DNA of 63,179 nt, counting the filler, from Licmophora abbreviata (taxonomy: Eukaryota), in NCBI GenBank assembly GCA_900291995.1. It is 19 parts of 19 records of this genome, joined end to end, with 100 filler letters (N's around TTAATTAATTAA, not from the genome) between each part and the next. Parts side by side here need not be neighbours in the genome. Positions count along the whole stretch, not along the records: positions 19,944 to 21,479 come from OLMU01002798.1; positions 21,580 to 24,746 come from OLMU01002799.1; positions 24,847 to 27,750 come from OLMU01002800.1; positions 27,851 to 32,693 come from OLMU01002802.1; 15 more parts are not named here. One strand, given 5' to 3'. A model generated the notes under the pieces. The model was not told the origin of the DNA and did no database searches. It saw only the letters and a program-made list of their open reading frames with translations. The position numbers were made by a program, and so were the translations under genes. This document shows positions 21,450 to 30,411 of the stretch, in pieces (position 1 is the first letter of the stretch; every line of letters begins with the position of its first letter).

Positions 21450-21849
21450 ATGAGGATCGTGATCGCACTGTTTCTGCTGNNNNNNNNNNNNNNNNNNNNN
21501 NNNNNNNNNNNNNNNNNNNNNNNTTAATTAATTAANNNNNNNNNNNNNNNNNNNNNNNNNNNNNNNNNNNNNNNNNNNNGCACTGTTTCTGCTGGCAACC
21601 CCCGCCCTTGCCGACCAGACGCTCGGCGGCAAGACGGTGGATTGCTACTGCACCGACAGCACCGGAAAACGCGTGGAAATGGGCGAAATGATCTGTCTTC
21701 ACGTGGGCGGGCGCAGCTTCATGGCGCAATGCCAGATGTCGCTCAACAATCCGATGTGGCGCGAAATATCCCAAGGGTGCCTGTCGTCATCCCTGCGCGA
21801 ACGCCTGCAGCCAGCCGTCGATGCGGGCGGCATTCACCCCAAGATCTGA
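21450..21849 (+). CDS. small secreted Cys-rich hypothetical protein; spurious gap at 21480-21579
   Basis: MRIVIALFLL joins ATPALADQ..DCYCTD..C..C..C once the duplicated GCACTGTTTCTGCTG at the linker is merged; AxA signal peptide. Confidence 0.7.
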
Positions 21850-22203
21850 CTTGCCAAAGCGCAACCGCCCGTGAAGTTCCAACTGCGGGCCGGCTTGCCG
21901 CACCGTCGTGTAATCGGGAAAACCGAACACGCGCGACCGGCTCACATAGGTGATCATCCCCTCCTCCGGCGATCCGGCAAGAACCTCGGTGCGCGGTGAC
22001 CGAAGGATGATCTCGTGCAGCCGCTCAAGCCCGTTCTGACCCGCGCCGATCACGCGCATCGCGCCGCCATCGTAATCGCGGTTGGTGATCCCGTCCGGCA
22101 TCTGGTGCCAGCGCGCCGGATCCGAGGGCGCGATCCGCACATAGACCCCAAGCGCCACCACCAGCACCAGAACGACACAAAAAGCCACAAAACCCCATTT
22201 CAT
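21787..22203 (-). CDS. DUF1499 family protein
   Basis: N-terminal TM, RSRVFGFPDY, RFGKSDLGVNAARI. Confidence 0.85.
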   Translation of the reverse strand: MKWGFVAFCVVLVLVVALGVYVRIAPSDPARWHQMPDGITNRDYDGGAMRVIGAGQNGLERLHEIILRSPRTEVLAGSPEEGMITYVSRSRVFGFPDYTTVRQAGPQLELHGRLRFGKSDLGVNAARIDGWLQAFAQG

Positions 22204-22481
22204 CGACACGACCTTTCCCATCACATACATATCTGGTGTGATGGGTATGGGCGCTCGCCGTCACATACAAGCCACCGTTTTGCTTGCCCATCCGCCACGC
22301 CACCGGGCGTTCCAGCCCACCACGTCCACCGCGGCGCGCGCGCGTTTTATCGAAAGTATCGACGCGCACCCCTTAGATATCCTTACATGGCCCAGCTTTT
22401 GCCGTTGGCAATGTCATGGTGCAACGAGCGGAGCCCAAAAGCCGCATCCGCGCGCCGCAACAATGCTGTGGTGAAAATATA

Positions 22482-23397
22482 ATGTCTGAAAATCAACGCA
22501 AAACCGATACATGGAAGCCGGCCGATCCGCTCGAAGCTCTCGATCACCTGTCGAGCCCGGTGATGATCGCCGATCAGGACATGGTCATCCGATACGTGAA
22601 CAAGGCCGCAATCGAGATGTTCCAGTTGATCGAGGCGGATATCCGCAAGGACCTCCCGCATTTCCAAGCGAATGACGTCGTCGGCAAGTCGATCGACGTT
22701 TTCCACAAGAATCCCTCCTATCAGCGCAACATCATGGAAAACATGCGCGACCGGCATGACGGCGCGTTCACCGTGGGTGGCAAGCGTCTGGCCTTCAAGG
22801 CAACACCCCGCTTCGACAAGAACAACAAGGCAACGGCCATCATCGTCGAATGGCAAGACCAGACAGCCTCGTCGGAATATGCGATCCAGCTCGACAAGCT
22901 GGTCGGCGGTTTGCGGCAGATGTCCGCCGCCCATATGGACGGCTATATCAGCCAGCGCATCGCCGCCGAAGACCTCACCGGCGATTTCGCGGATGTCGCA
23001 AACGTCGTCAATGCAATGGTCGAGGGGCACATCTCTCGCAAGCGTCTTATGGTCTCCTGCCTCAAGTCGCTGGCCGAGGGCGATTTCGAATTCGTGATGG
23101 AAAAACTCCCGAACGAACAGGCCTTCCTCAACGACGCGGTCGAATCCGCCCGTGATGCCTTCCGCAGCGTGACCGGCGAAATCGAGCAGCTCGCGCTTGC
23201 GATGGCGCATGGCCAGCTTGATCGCCACATCGACCCCAACAAGTTCCAAGGCAGCTACCGTGCGATCATCGACGCGATGGCAACAGCCTATGGCGGGCTG
23301 AACTCGACGCTGGCGGATATCAAATCGCAGGCCGGCCAGATCGTCAGCGCCACCAACGAGGTCAACGCATCCGCACGCAACCTCGCGGCCAGCTCGA
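22482..23397 (+). pseudogene. truncated Aer2-like soluble chemoreceptor (heme-PAS plus HAMP repeats); frame continues to 23864 in antisense of the kinase
   Basis: ALDHLSSPVMIADQD..IDVFHKNP..EWQDQT, two HAMP-like repeats, start of the methylation helix (SATNEVNASARNLAASS), then no MCP hairpin. Confidence 0.78.
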
Positions 23398-24706
23398 TGC
23401 ACATATGCGTGCCCACGTTGCTCGGCTTGAGGTGCAGCCCCGCGCCCATGACCTCCGCCGCGCGATGCGCGATGGACAGGCCGATGCCCGCACCAAGCCG
23501 TGTGCCCTGCGCCTCGGCCAACCGCTCGAACGGCTGGAATGCCTTGCTGATCTTGCCCGGCGGAATGCCCGGCCCTTCATCCTCGATCAGGATCTGCACC
23601 CTGCCCTCGGCGCCGCGCTGCGTGCGCATCGTGACCGTGCTGCCCTCCGGCGCAAAGCGCACCGCATTGTCCAGAAGCTGCGCCAGCGCCTCGCGCAACA
23701 GCCTCGGGTCGGCTTTCACCTTGATGGCAGGGTCCGCCTCAATGACGATCCGCTGGTCCTTTGCCTTGCGTTTCATCTCGATGTCGCGCGACAATTCCTG
23801 GAACATCTTCGAGACACGCACCGGCAGCAGCCGCGCGTTTCCATACGAGGACAGCTCGGAATAGGCGATCATGTTGGTGATCCCCGATTGCAGCGTCTCC
23901 GCCGCGTTCTCGATCAGGTCCAGCCGCTCCACCAGCGTGTCATTGGCCGGCGTCTGCCCCTCTTCGCATTCGGATTTCGTCAGGCTGGTATAGCCCGCGA
24001 TCACATTAAGCGGCGTGCGCATCTCGTGACTGATATTCTTGAGAAACAAGGTCTTGGCCGCACTCGCCCGTTCGGCCTGCCGTCTCGCCTTCACAAGTTC
24101 GGCGGAATCCTTGTTCATGGCGAGGACGAAATATCCCATGATCTGCATCAGATGCAGGCTACAGGTCACGGCGACACCGGGGGCCAGATACAGCGCGGCA
24201 TCATGCGCGGACACCTCGTACACCGCATCTTCCAGGAACAGCATCCGGAACGACGTCAACCACAGAACCAGGGGCAAGGCCGTCATGCCCCACAGCATGA
24301 TCTTTTGACGCCGCAGCGAATAGAGCAGAAAGGGCAGCACCGCGAGCGGCACGAAAATGAACGGCAAACCGCCCGCCGGATCGACCGCCGTCGCGCCATA
24401 GGCAAGCGAGCAAGACGTGCCCCCCAGCCAGACCAACTTGGCCAGCTCATGTCGCTCAATCATATGCAGACCGTAGCCGATCAGACAGCAGAAAAGGATG
24501 AGGCACGACCCGATGGTCAACGTGACCGAGCCGATCAACCACGATGCCACCACCCACAGCGCCGCCGAGGGCAAGGCAAACCTCAGGGTGATGATCGAAA
24601 GGGCCACAAAGCGCCGCTGCTCGCGGCTCAACGCAGGACTGTAACCGATGCCAGGCGCGCCACTGGGCAGCAAGAAATGTTTCACAACGGGCACCACAGT
24701 CACCAA
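23288..24706 (-). CDS. multi-TM sensor histidine kinase; last about 33 codons are read-through into the chemoreceptor antisense
   Basis: About 6 TM helices; H box SHEMRTPL, N box LLDNAVRF, DEGPGIP, FQPF, GAGIGL; start uncertain (near gap). Confidence 0.85.
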   Translation of the reverse strand: MVTVVPVVKHFLLPSGAPGIGYSPALSREQRRFVALSIITLRFALPSAALWVVASWLIGSVTLTIGSCLILFCCLIGYGLHMIERHELAKLVWLGGTSCSLAYGATAVDPAGGLPFIFVPLAVLPFLLYSLRRQKIMLWGMTALPLVLWLTSFRMLFLEDAVYEVSAHDAALYLAPGVAVTCSLHLMQIMGYFVLAMNKDSAELVKARRQAERASAAKTLFLKNISHEMRTPLNVIAGYTSLTKSECEEGQTPANDTLVERLDLIENAAETLQSGITNMIAYSELSSYGNARLLPVRVSKMFQELSRDIEMKRKAKDQRIVIEADPAIKVKADPRLLREALAQLLDNAVRFAPEGSTVTMRTQRGAEGRVQILIEDEGPGIPPGKISKAFQPFERLAEAQGTRLGAGIGLSIAHRAAEVMGAGLHLKPSNVGTHMCIELAARLRADALTSLVALTIWPACDLISASVEFSPP

Positions 24707-25023
24707 TCCACAGATGGGGTCAGGGAATACTGCTCAAGTCCGCACCNNNNNNNNNNNNNNNNNNNNNNNNNNNNNNNNNNNNNNNNNNNNTTAATTAATT
24801 AANNNNNNNNNNNNNNNNNNNNNNNNNNNNNNNNNNNNNNNNNNNNCAATGAACACAATTTCGCCAAAATCTACGAAGGACACAGCAGTATATCTTTCGA
24901 TAGCAACGAAAAGCTGCAGAGCTCGGTCGCCCCGCAACTTCCAGCGTCGCCAAGTCAGCAGAGTGTTGCACCGGAAGAGTCTCTCGTACTACGCCCCGCC
25001 ACAGAGGTTTTCGCAGGGTCGGC

Positions 25024-25785
25024 TCAGCCGACCACAACAATATCCTTGTTGCCGCGGCACATCATGTAGCCGCCACCATAGACGCTCGACAGGAACCCCG
25101 CATCGCAGCCTGCATCGGCGATCTTGCCCCGAATGCGCTTGATATGGCTGTCGATGCCGCGCACCGACCCGTTGAACCCGGACTGCCGCAGCGCGCCCAC
25201 CAGCGTTTCGCGGCTGACCAGAGTACCAATCCGTGTGGCCAGCTCCCGCAGAAGACAGATCTCCATGCCGGTGAACACCACCTGGCGGCGCCCAAAAAAC
25301 ATCGAGTAGTTGCTGGCATCGACCTGCACCACCGATGCATCCTCGGTTGCGGCTTCCGCGCGGCGCGCAATAGTCTGCTGATGCGCGGCAGGGCGCATGC
25401 CCATCGTCCAACGGCGATACACGGCGGCGATACGCTCGGTGATCGCCCGCGTGGGCTGTTCCGAATAGACCACGTCCTGTGCACCCAGTCTGAGCGCCAG
25501 CGCCTCGGCCACTTCGTCATAAGACTCGAGATGAATCAGCACCGGGAAGCGCGTCTCTTGCGCGATCCAGCCGCCATGACCCAGATCGAACGCGGTATGC
25601 GTCGGGACCGACACGATCACCACATCGGGGTATTGCAGACCGCCATGACCGAGCGGACCTTCCGACACGTCGATGACAAGCACCGTACAAGGGCAGGCCT
25701 TGACAGCCGCCTTGAAGCCGCCATTTCGCTCGGAAGCGTCCCGCGCCGCGATCTTGGTCACGCCGTTTATCAGCTCACGTTTCAT
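25024..25785 (-). CDS. OmpR/ChvI-like regulator with degenerate (pseudo) receiver domain
   Basis: Winged helix IDSHIKRIRGKI..VYGGGY; receiver PDVVIVSVP and LGAQDVVYSEQP lack the Asp and the Lys-Pro. Confidence 0.8.
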   Translation of the reverse strand: MKRELINGVTKIAARDASERNGGFKAAVKACPCTVLVIDVSEGPLGHGGLQYPDVVIVSVPTHTAFDLGHGGWIAQETRFPVLIHLESYDEVAEALALRLGAQDVVYSEQPTRAITERIAAVYRRWTMGMRPAAHQQTIARRAEAATEDASVVQVDASNYSMFFGRRQVVFTGMEICLLRELATRIGTLVSRETLVGALRQSGFNGSVRGIDSHIKRIRGKIADAGCDAGFLSSVYGGGYMMCRGNKDIVVVG

Positions 25786-26143
25786 GGTCTCGCCCTCACA
25801 TGGAACAAATGTTGAAACCATCATGGACACAGGCTAGGCCCGTGTCGCGCTATCTCTAAGCTTGGTGCCCGCACTGAGGATGCTTGCCCCGCACCGAAAG
25901 GCGCCCCTGATCGGCGTTCGACAAATGCGCACACCAAAGCAGGTGAATTGCCGCAATTTCGCATCTAGATTGCATCGAAAGATACAATTCCCTCCGCTTT
26001 GGAGACTGCCACTCCCCCAAGGCCGCATCGCGGGACAAAAGAGGGTGATCGCCCCCCCTTTGCACGCAAGCCAGCCGGACCTGCACCGATTAAGGTGGAG
26101 CATGACTTTGAAACCGGCTATTCTTGAATTTGAGGATTATTGA

Positions 26144-26395
26144 ATGGTTTACCAGTTGACTGACTTGAAAGACGCGCGTCGCGTCTCATCCCCCCGCCTT
26201 GACGGCCACTTGATCGGCGTCAGGCCCCGTGATCCCAAAGCCGGTTCAGAGTCGTTCTCCGGACAACCAATGCCCGACGGGCATGTGCGCGACAGCGGTA
26301 ACTGGCCCTCGGGCTGGTGGATACTGCCCAGTGTGCTTGGTGGTCTGGTGGTCTGGATCATGATTTTCCGTGCGCTTTTCGGCTGGCTTTTCTAG
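26144..26395 (+). CDS. small membrane protein, C-terminal TM PSGWWILPSVLGG
   Basis: GAGG RBS, 83 aa, single hydrophobic C-terminal helix. Confidence 0.6.
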   Translation: MVYQLTDLKDARRVSSPRLDGHLIGVRPRDPKAGSESFSGQPMPDGHVRDSGNWPSGWWILPSVLGGLVVWIMIFRALFGWLF

Positions 26396-26536
26396 GCCAC
26401 CCCCTGCGGCCTGACCCTCTGGCCGATCCAAGAGATGCGCATGGCTACGGCCCCGGGTTCAACCTGCCGCCTGTTCCCGGGGCCGACCTTCATGCACCCC
26501 CCATTTGCCCCGGCTCCGCGCCTGACCAAATCCGCC

Positions 26537-26716
26537 TCAGCCCGGCGGCTGCGCGCGCTCGACCAGCCGGGCAAAGACCGACACGCCCACCGGCGCCACA
26601 CGGTCGTTGAAATCGAAGCCCGGATGATGCAGCCCCAGCTCGGGATGCCGGTGCAGATGCCTGCGCCATGCCGTCATGTCCTCGGCGAACGCGGCACTTC
26701 GGTCGATCACGGCCAT
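26537..26716 (-). pseudogene. M20 amidohydrolase remnant with an in-frame internal deletion (59 aa)
   Basis: MAVIDRSAAFAEDMTAWRRHLHRHPELGL-HHPGFDFNDRVAPVGVSVFARLVERAQPPG*; GGAG RBS; absent from the ORF track. Confidence 0.82.
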
Positions 26717-26780
26717 CGGCTGGACTCCTTTGTCGATCGGCGTCAGGTTTTCCTAGAACCGCAGAAAGGACCTGCCCGCA

Positions 26781-27605
26781 ATGCCGAACGACCCGGCCCT
26801 CCCCGCCGCCCCTCAGGACGGGCTCTCCCGCCTGCTCGAGATCATGCGCCGCCTGCGCGATCCCGACACCGGCTGCCCCTGGGATATCGAACAGGATTTC
26901 GACACCATCGCGCCCTACACGATCGAAGAGGCCCATGAGGTGGCCGATGCCATCGCTCGCGCCGATTGGGGCGATCTGCGCGACGAGCTGGGGGATCTGC
27001 TGCTGCAGGTGGTGTTCCATGCCCAAATCGCCGACGACCGCGGGCTGTTTGACTTCGACGCGGTGGCCAGCGCCATCGCCGACAAGATGGTGGCCCGCCA
27101 TCCACATGTCTTCGGGTCCGAAAGCCGCGACAAGACCGCCGCCCAGCAGACCCGCGACTGGGAGGCGATCAAGGCCGCCGAACGCGCGGCCAAGGCCCAG
27201 ACCGGCGTGCTCGACGGTGTGGCTGCGGGCCTTCCTGCGCTGATGCGCGCGGTCAAGCTGCAGAAACGCGCCGCCCGCGTCGGCTTTGACTGGCCCGACA
27301 CGGCGCAGGTGATCGACAAGATCACCGAAGAGGCCGCAGAGCTGCGCGAGGCCGCCGAAACCCTGACCCATGACAAGGTCGAAGAGGAATTCGGCGATCT
27401 GCTCTTCGTCATGGCCAATCTGGCGCGCCACATGAAGGTCGATCCCGAATCCGCCCTGCGCGCCGCCAACGCCAAGTTCACCCGCCGCTTTTCGCGCATC
27501 GAAGCTCTGCTGGCCGAGGACGGCAAGCGCCCCGAGGACAGCGATCTGGCGGAAATGGACGCCCTGTGGAACCGCGCCAAGGCCGAGGAACGCGGCACCG
27601 GCTGA
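26781..27605 (+). CDS. mazG: nucleoside triphosphate pyrophosphohydrolase MazG
   Basis: GCPWD.EQ, EEAHEV, ELGDLLLQ, RHPHVF, EEFGDLLF, KFTRRF. Confidence 0.95.
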   Translation: MPNDPALPAAPQDGLSRLLEIMRRLRDPDTGCPWDIEQDFDTIAPYTIEEAHEVADAIARADWGDLRDELGDLLLQVVFHAQIADDRGLFDFDAVASAIADKMVARHPHVFGSESRDKTAAQQTRDWEAIKAAERAAKAQTGVLDGVAAGLPALMRAVKLQKRAARVGFDWPDTAQVIDKITEEAAELREAAETLTHDKVEEEFGDLLFVMANLARHMKVDPESALRAANAKFTRRFSRIEALLAEDGKRPEDSDLAEMDALWNRAKAEERGTG

Positions 27606-27621
27606 CGCGAGGGGACGTTTC

Positions 27622-27705
27622 GGGGGGGGGGCCAGCCCCCCGCCGTCGAAATCCCCAAGGGGATTTCAACGACTCCCCCCGGGGGTATTTGGGCCAAGAA
27701 GAAAC
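27622..27705. repeat. REP/MITE-like palindromic element (family A), copy 2
   Basis: GGGGGGCCAGCCCCCCGCCGTCGAAATCCCCAAGGGGATTTCAACGACTCCCCCCGGGGGTATTTGGGCCAAGAAGAAAC; colinear with 624-699. Confidence 0.75.
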
Positions 27706-27850
27706 ACGCAACGCCCGCTCAGGTAACACGCGGCGCGCGCTGCCCGATACNNNNNNNNNNNNNNNNNNNNNNNNNNNNNNNNNNNNNNNNNNNNTTAATT
27801 AATTAANNNNNNNNNNNNNNNNNNNNNNNNNNNNNNNNNNNNNNNNNNNN

Positions 27851-28957
27851 TATTCAACTGAAGGGCTCCGGCCCACCCCCTATAGCCGGATGGGCGACGG
27901 GCGCGCATGGCTCGGACCGGTGCTGCGCGAATACGTGCTGAGCGAGGCGATGCATGCGCTTGGCATCCCCACCAGCCGGGCCTTGGCCGCCGTCACCACC
28001 GGCGAAAGCGTCTATCGCGAAACCGGCGCCCTGCCCGGCGCAATCCTCGCTCGGGTGGCCCAAAGCCATATCCGCGTCGGCACCTTCCAGTATTTCGCCG
28101 CGCGCCGGGATATTCCGGGGCTGCAGGCGCTTTTCGAGCATGTGGTGGAGCGGCACTATCCACAGGCCCAGAACCCCACCGATCTGCTTGAGGCGGTGAT
28201 CGAGGCGCAGGCGCGTCTGGTGGCGCATTGGATGTCGGTGGGCTTCATTCATGGCGTGATGAACACCGACAACACCACCATTTCCGGGGAAACCATCGAT
28301 TACGGCCCCTGCGCCTTCATGGACATGTTCCACCCTGACACGGTCTACAGCTCGATCGATGCGCAGGGGCGCTATGCCTTTTCCAACCAGCCCAATGTGA
28401 TCGTGTGGAACATGGCGCAACTGGCCACGGCGCTGGTCGCGCTGATGCCCGATCAGGACGCCGCCATCGAAGAGTTTACGCAGGCCATCCACGCCATGCC
28501 CGACCGCATACATGTCCATTGGCTGCAGGCCTATGGGCGCAAGATCGGCCTGTCCGAGGCCACCGCCCAGGACGAACCGCTGATCACCGGACTGCTGCAG
28601 GCCATGGCCGAGAACCGCGCCGATTTCACCAACACATTCCGCGCCTTGAGCGATGGCGGGGCGCGCGATCAGTTCCTCGATCCCGGCGTCTTCGACGCCT
28701 GGGAGGCCGGCTGGCAAAAGCGGATCGAGACCGAGGATGACCCGGCACGCGTCATGCGCCGGGCGAACCCGGTCTATATCCCGCGCAACCACCGTGTCGA
28801 GCAGATGATCGCGGCCGCCGTGGCGGGCGATTTCACGCCCTTCGAGCGGCTTCTTAAGGTGCTCGCCGATCCGTTCACGCCGCAGGAGGACGCCCGCGAT
28901 CTGACCCACCCACCCGAACCGGCCGAGGTGGTGCGCCAGACATTCTGCGGCACTTGA
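27851..28957 (+). CDS. ydiU: protein adenylyltransferase SelO/YdiU; 5' part in gap, frameshift near 27873
   Basis: QLKGSG / TPYSRMGDGRA, GFIHGVMNTDN, TIDYGP, NPVYIPRNH, TFCGT. Confidence 0.92.
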   Translation, partial: YSTEGLRPTPYSRMGDGRAWLGPVLREYVLSEAMHALGIPTSRALAAVTTGESVYRETGALPGAILARVAQSHIRVGTFQYFAARRDIPGLQALFEHVVERHYPQAQNPTDLLEAVIEAQARLVAHWMSVGFIHGVMNTDNTTISGETIDYGPCAFMDMFHPDTVYSSIDAQGRYAFSNQPNVIVWNMAQLATALVALMPDQDAAIEEFTQAIHAMPDRIHVHWLQAYGRKIGLSEATAQDEPLITGLLQAMAENRADFTNTFRALSDGGARDQFLDPGVFDAWEAGWQKRIETEDDPARVMRRANPVYIPRNHRVEQMIAAAVAGDFTPFERLLKVLADPFTPQEDARDLTHPPEPAEVVRQTFCGT

Positions 28958-28980
28958 GGCCCACAACCCTCTGGAATTGT

Positions 28981-29625
28981 TTATTTCTTCCAGCGCCGGA
29001 ACAGGCGCGGATTGCGCTGCACGAATTCATCGATCACCGTGGCCAATCCACCGCGCGCCTGCCCCTTGAGATAGCCGAAACCCGCCGCCGCGCCGATCAC
29101 GGCGCCGCCCGTATTCACGATCAGATCGCCCATCGTGTCCATCAGCCCGGATTTCTGCATGTTCAGACCGAACAGCTGATCCATCGCGAACTCGAACACC
29201 TCCCACATGGTGCCGATGGTGACCGCAAAACAGAACGCGAACACCGCCACACCCACCGGCGGCGCGGCGAAGCGGTCGCCCTGAAACATCATGAAGACCA
29301 GCACGAAGCCGATCAGGCCAAAACCGATGGCCGAACTGGCATGCATCGCCATGTCCCACCACCAGAGACGCTCGTAGAAATCGAACACCTCGCCCAGAAA
29401 CAACGTGCCGCCCACGAAGATCGCCAGCGCCGCGATAAAGCTGGGGGGCACGAAGACATCCGCCCATCTTGCCACGTACACAGGCGCCAGCGACAGCCCA
29501 AGCGTGGCCAGCGCCACGAAGGACAGCTCGAACTGGCGCTGCCATATCGCCCAAAGCATCACCGCCGCGAGGGCCGACCAAATCAGCCGCGCCAGCCATG
29601 TCTGATCCGAAAACACGTTGAGCAA
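28981..29625 (-). CDS. hypothetical integral membrane protein (DUF2238-like)
   Basis: Several TM helices; FYER.WWWDMAMH, WEVFEF..D, DTMGDL. Confidence 0.75.
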   Translation of the reverse strand: MLNVFSDQTWLARLIWSALAAVMLWAIWQRQFELSFVALATLGLSLAPVYVARWADVFVPPSFIAALAIFVGGTLFLGEVFDFYERLWWWDMAMHASSAIGFGLIGFVLVFMMFQGDRFAAPPVGVAVFAFCFAVTIGTMWEVFEFAMDQLFGLNMQKSGLMDTMGDLIVNTGGAVIGAAAGFGYLKGQARGGLATVIDEFVQRNPRLFRRWKK

Positions 29626-29654
29626 GCCCCCTTTTTCATGGCTTTATTCCAATC

Positions 29655-30371
29655 ATGACCGCAGCACCCTTCAGGATTGCAACCTATAATCTGCAAAAAT
29701 GCGTCGGACTGGACCTTCGCCGCAGGCCCGACCGCACTCTGCGGGTGATCAACGCTCTGGCCGCTGATGTGGTGGTTCTGCAGGAGGCAGACAAGCGCAT
29801 GGCGCCCCGTCCGGCCGCTTTGCCGCATGACATGGTCGAAGAGGACGGCTGGCAGATCCTGCCCTTCGGGCAGCCCGGCGGGTCGCTTGGCTGGCATGGC
29901 AATGCGATGCTGGTGCGGGCCGGCGTGCGCACCCTGCAGACCGCGCATATCGAGCTTCCGGGTCTCGAGCCGCGCGGCGCGATCCGCGCCGATCTGGACA
30001 CACCCGTCGGGGCGCTTCGGGTGATCGGTCTGCATCTGGGGCTGGTGCGGCGCTACCGGCTGCTGCAACTGGGCGCGATCAATCGCGCGCTGCGGCAGCT
30101 GCCGCCGATGCCCACCGTCATTGCGGGGGATTTCAACGAATGGGGCAATGGGGCGGCGCTGGATGCGGCGGTCAAGCTGGTGCGCTTCCTGCCTGCCTCG
30201 GCCTCCTATCCGGCACCAAGGCCCGTCGCGCCGCTGGACCGGATCGCACTCAGCCCCGATCTGCTAGCGCTGTCATCCGGCGTGCATCGCGGGCGGCCCG
30301 CGCATATCGCCTCGGATCATCTGCCGGTCTGGGCCGATCTGGCCGCTTTGCCGCAAAAGGGCCGGGAGTGA
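29655..30371 (+). CDS. endonuclease/exonuclease/phosphatase family protein
   Basis: ATYN, DVVVLQE, HL, GDFN, LDRI, SDHLPV. Confidence 0.9.
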   Translation: MTAAPFRIATYNLQKCVGLDLRRRPDRTLRVINALAADVVVLQEADKRMAPRPAALPHDMVEEDGWQILPFGQPGGSLGWHGNAMLVRAGVRTLQTAHIELPGLEPRGAIRADLDTPVGALRVIGLHLGLVRRYRLLQLGAINRALRQLPPMPTVIAGDFNEWGNGAALDAAVKLVRFLPASASYPAPRPVAPLDRIALSPDLLALSSGVHRGRPAHIASDHLPVWADLAALPQKGRE

Positions 30372-30411
30372 TCCAGGCCCTGTCGCTATCTTTGCATGGA
30401 TCGCTGAACGA

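Noticed and set aside
22218..22269. TCACATACA direct repeat and small hairpin as an islet attachment site
   Set aside because: Only 9 bp, no matching copy found at the other end of the islet, and no integrase
23398..23864. C-terminal 155 aa of the 482-aa ORF as a novel domain
   Set aside because: It is the reverse complement of the kinase HATPase coding sequence
26781..27605. MazG as part of an anti-phage or toxin-antitoxin system
   Set aside because: Ordinary two-domain housekeeping MazG with no mazEF or defence genes nearby
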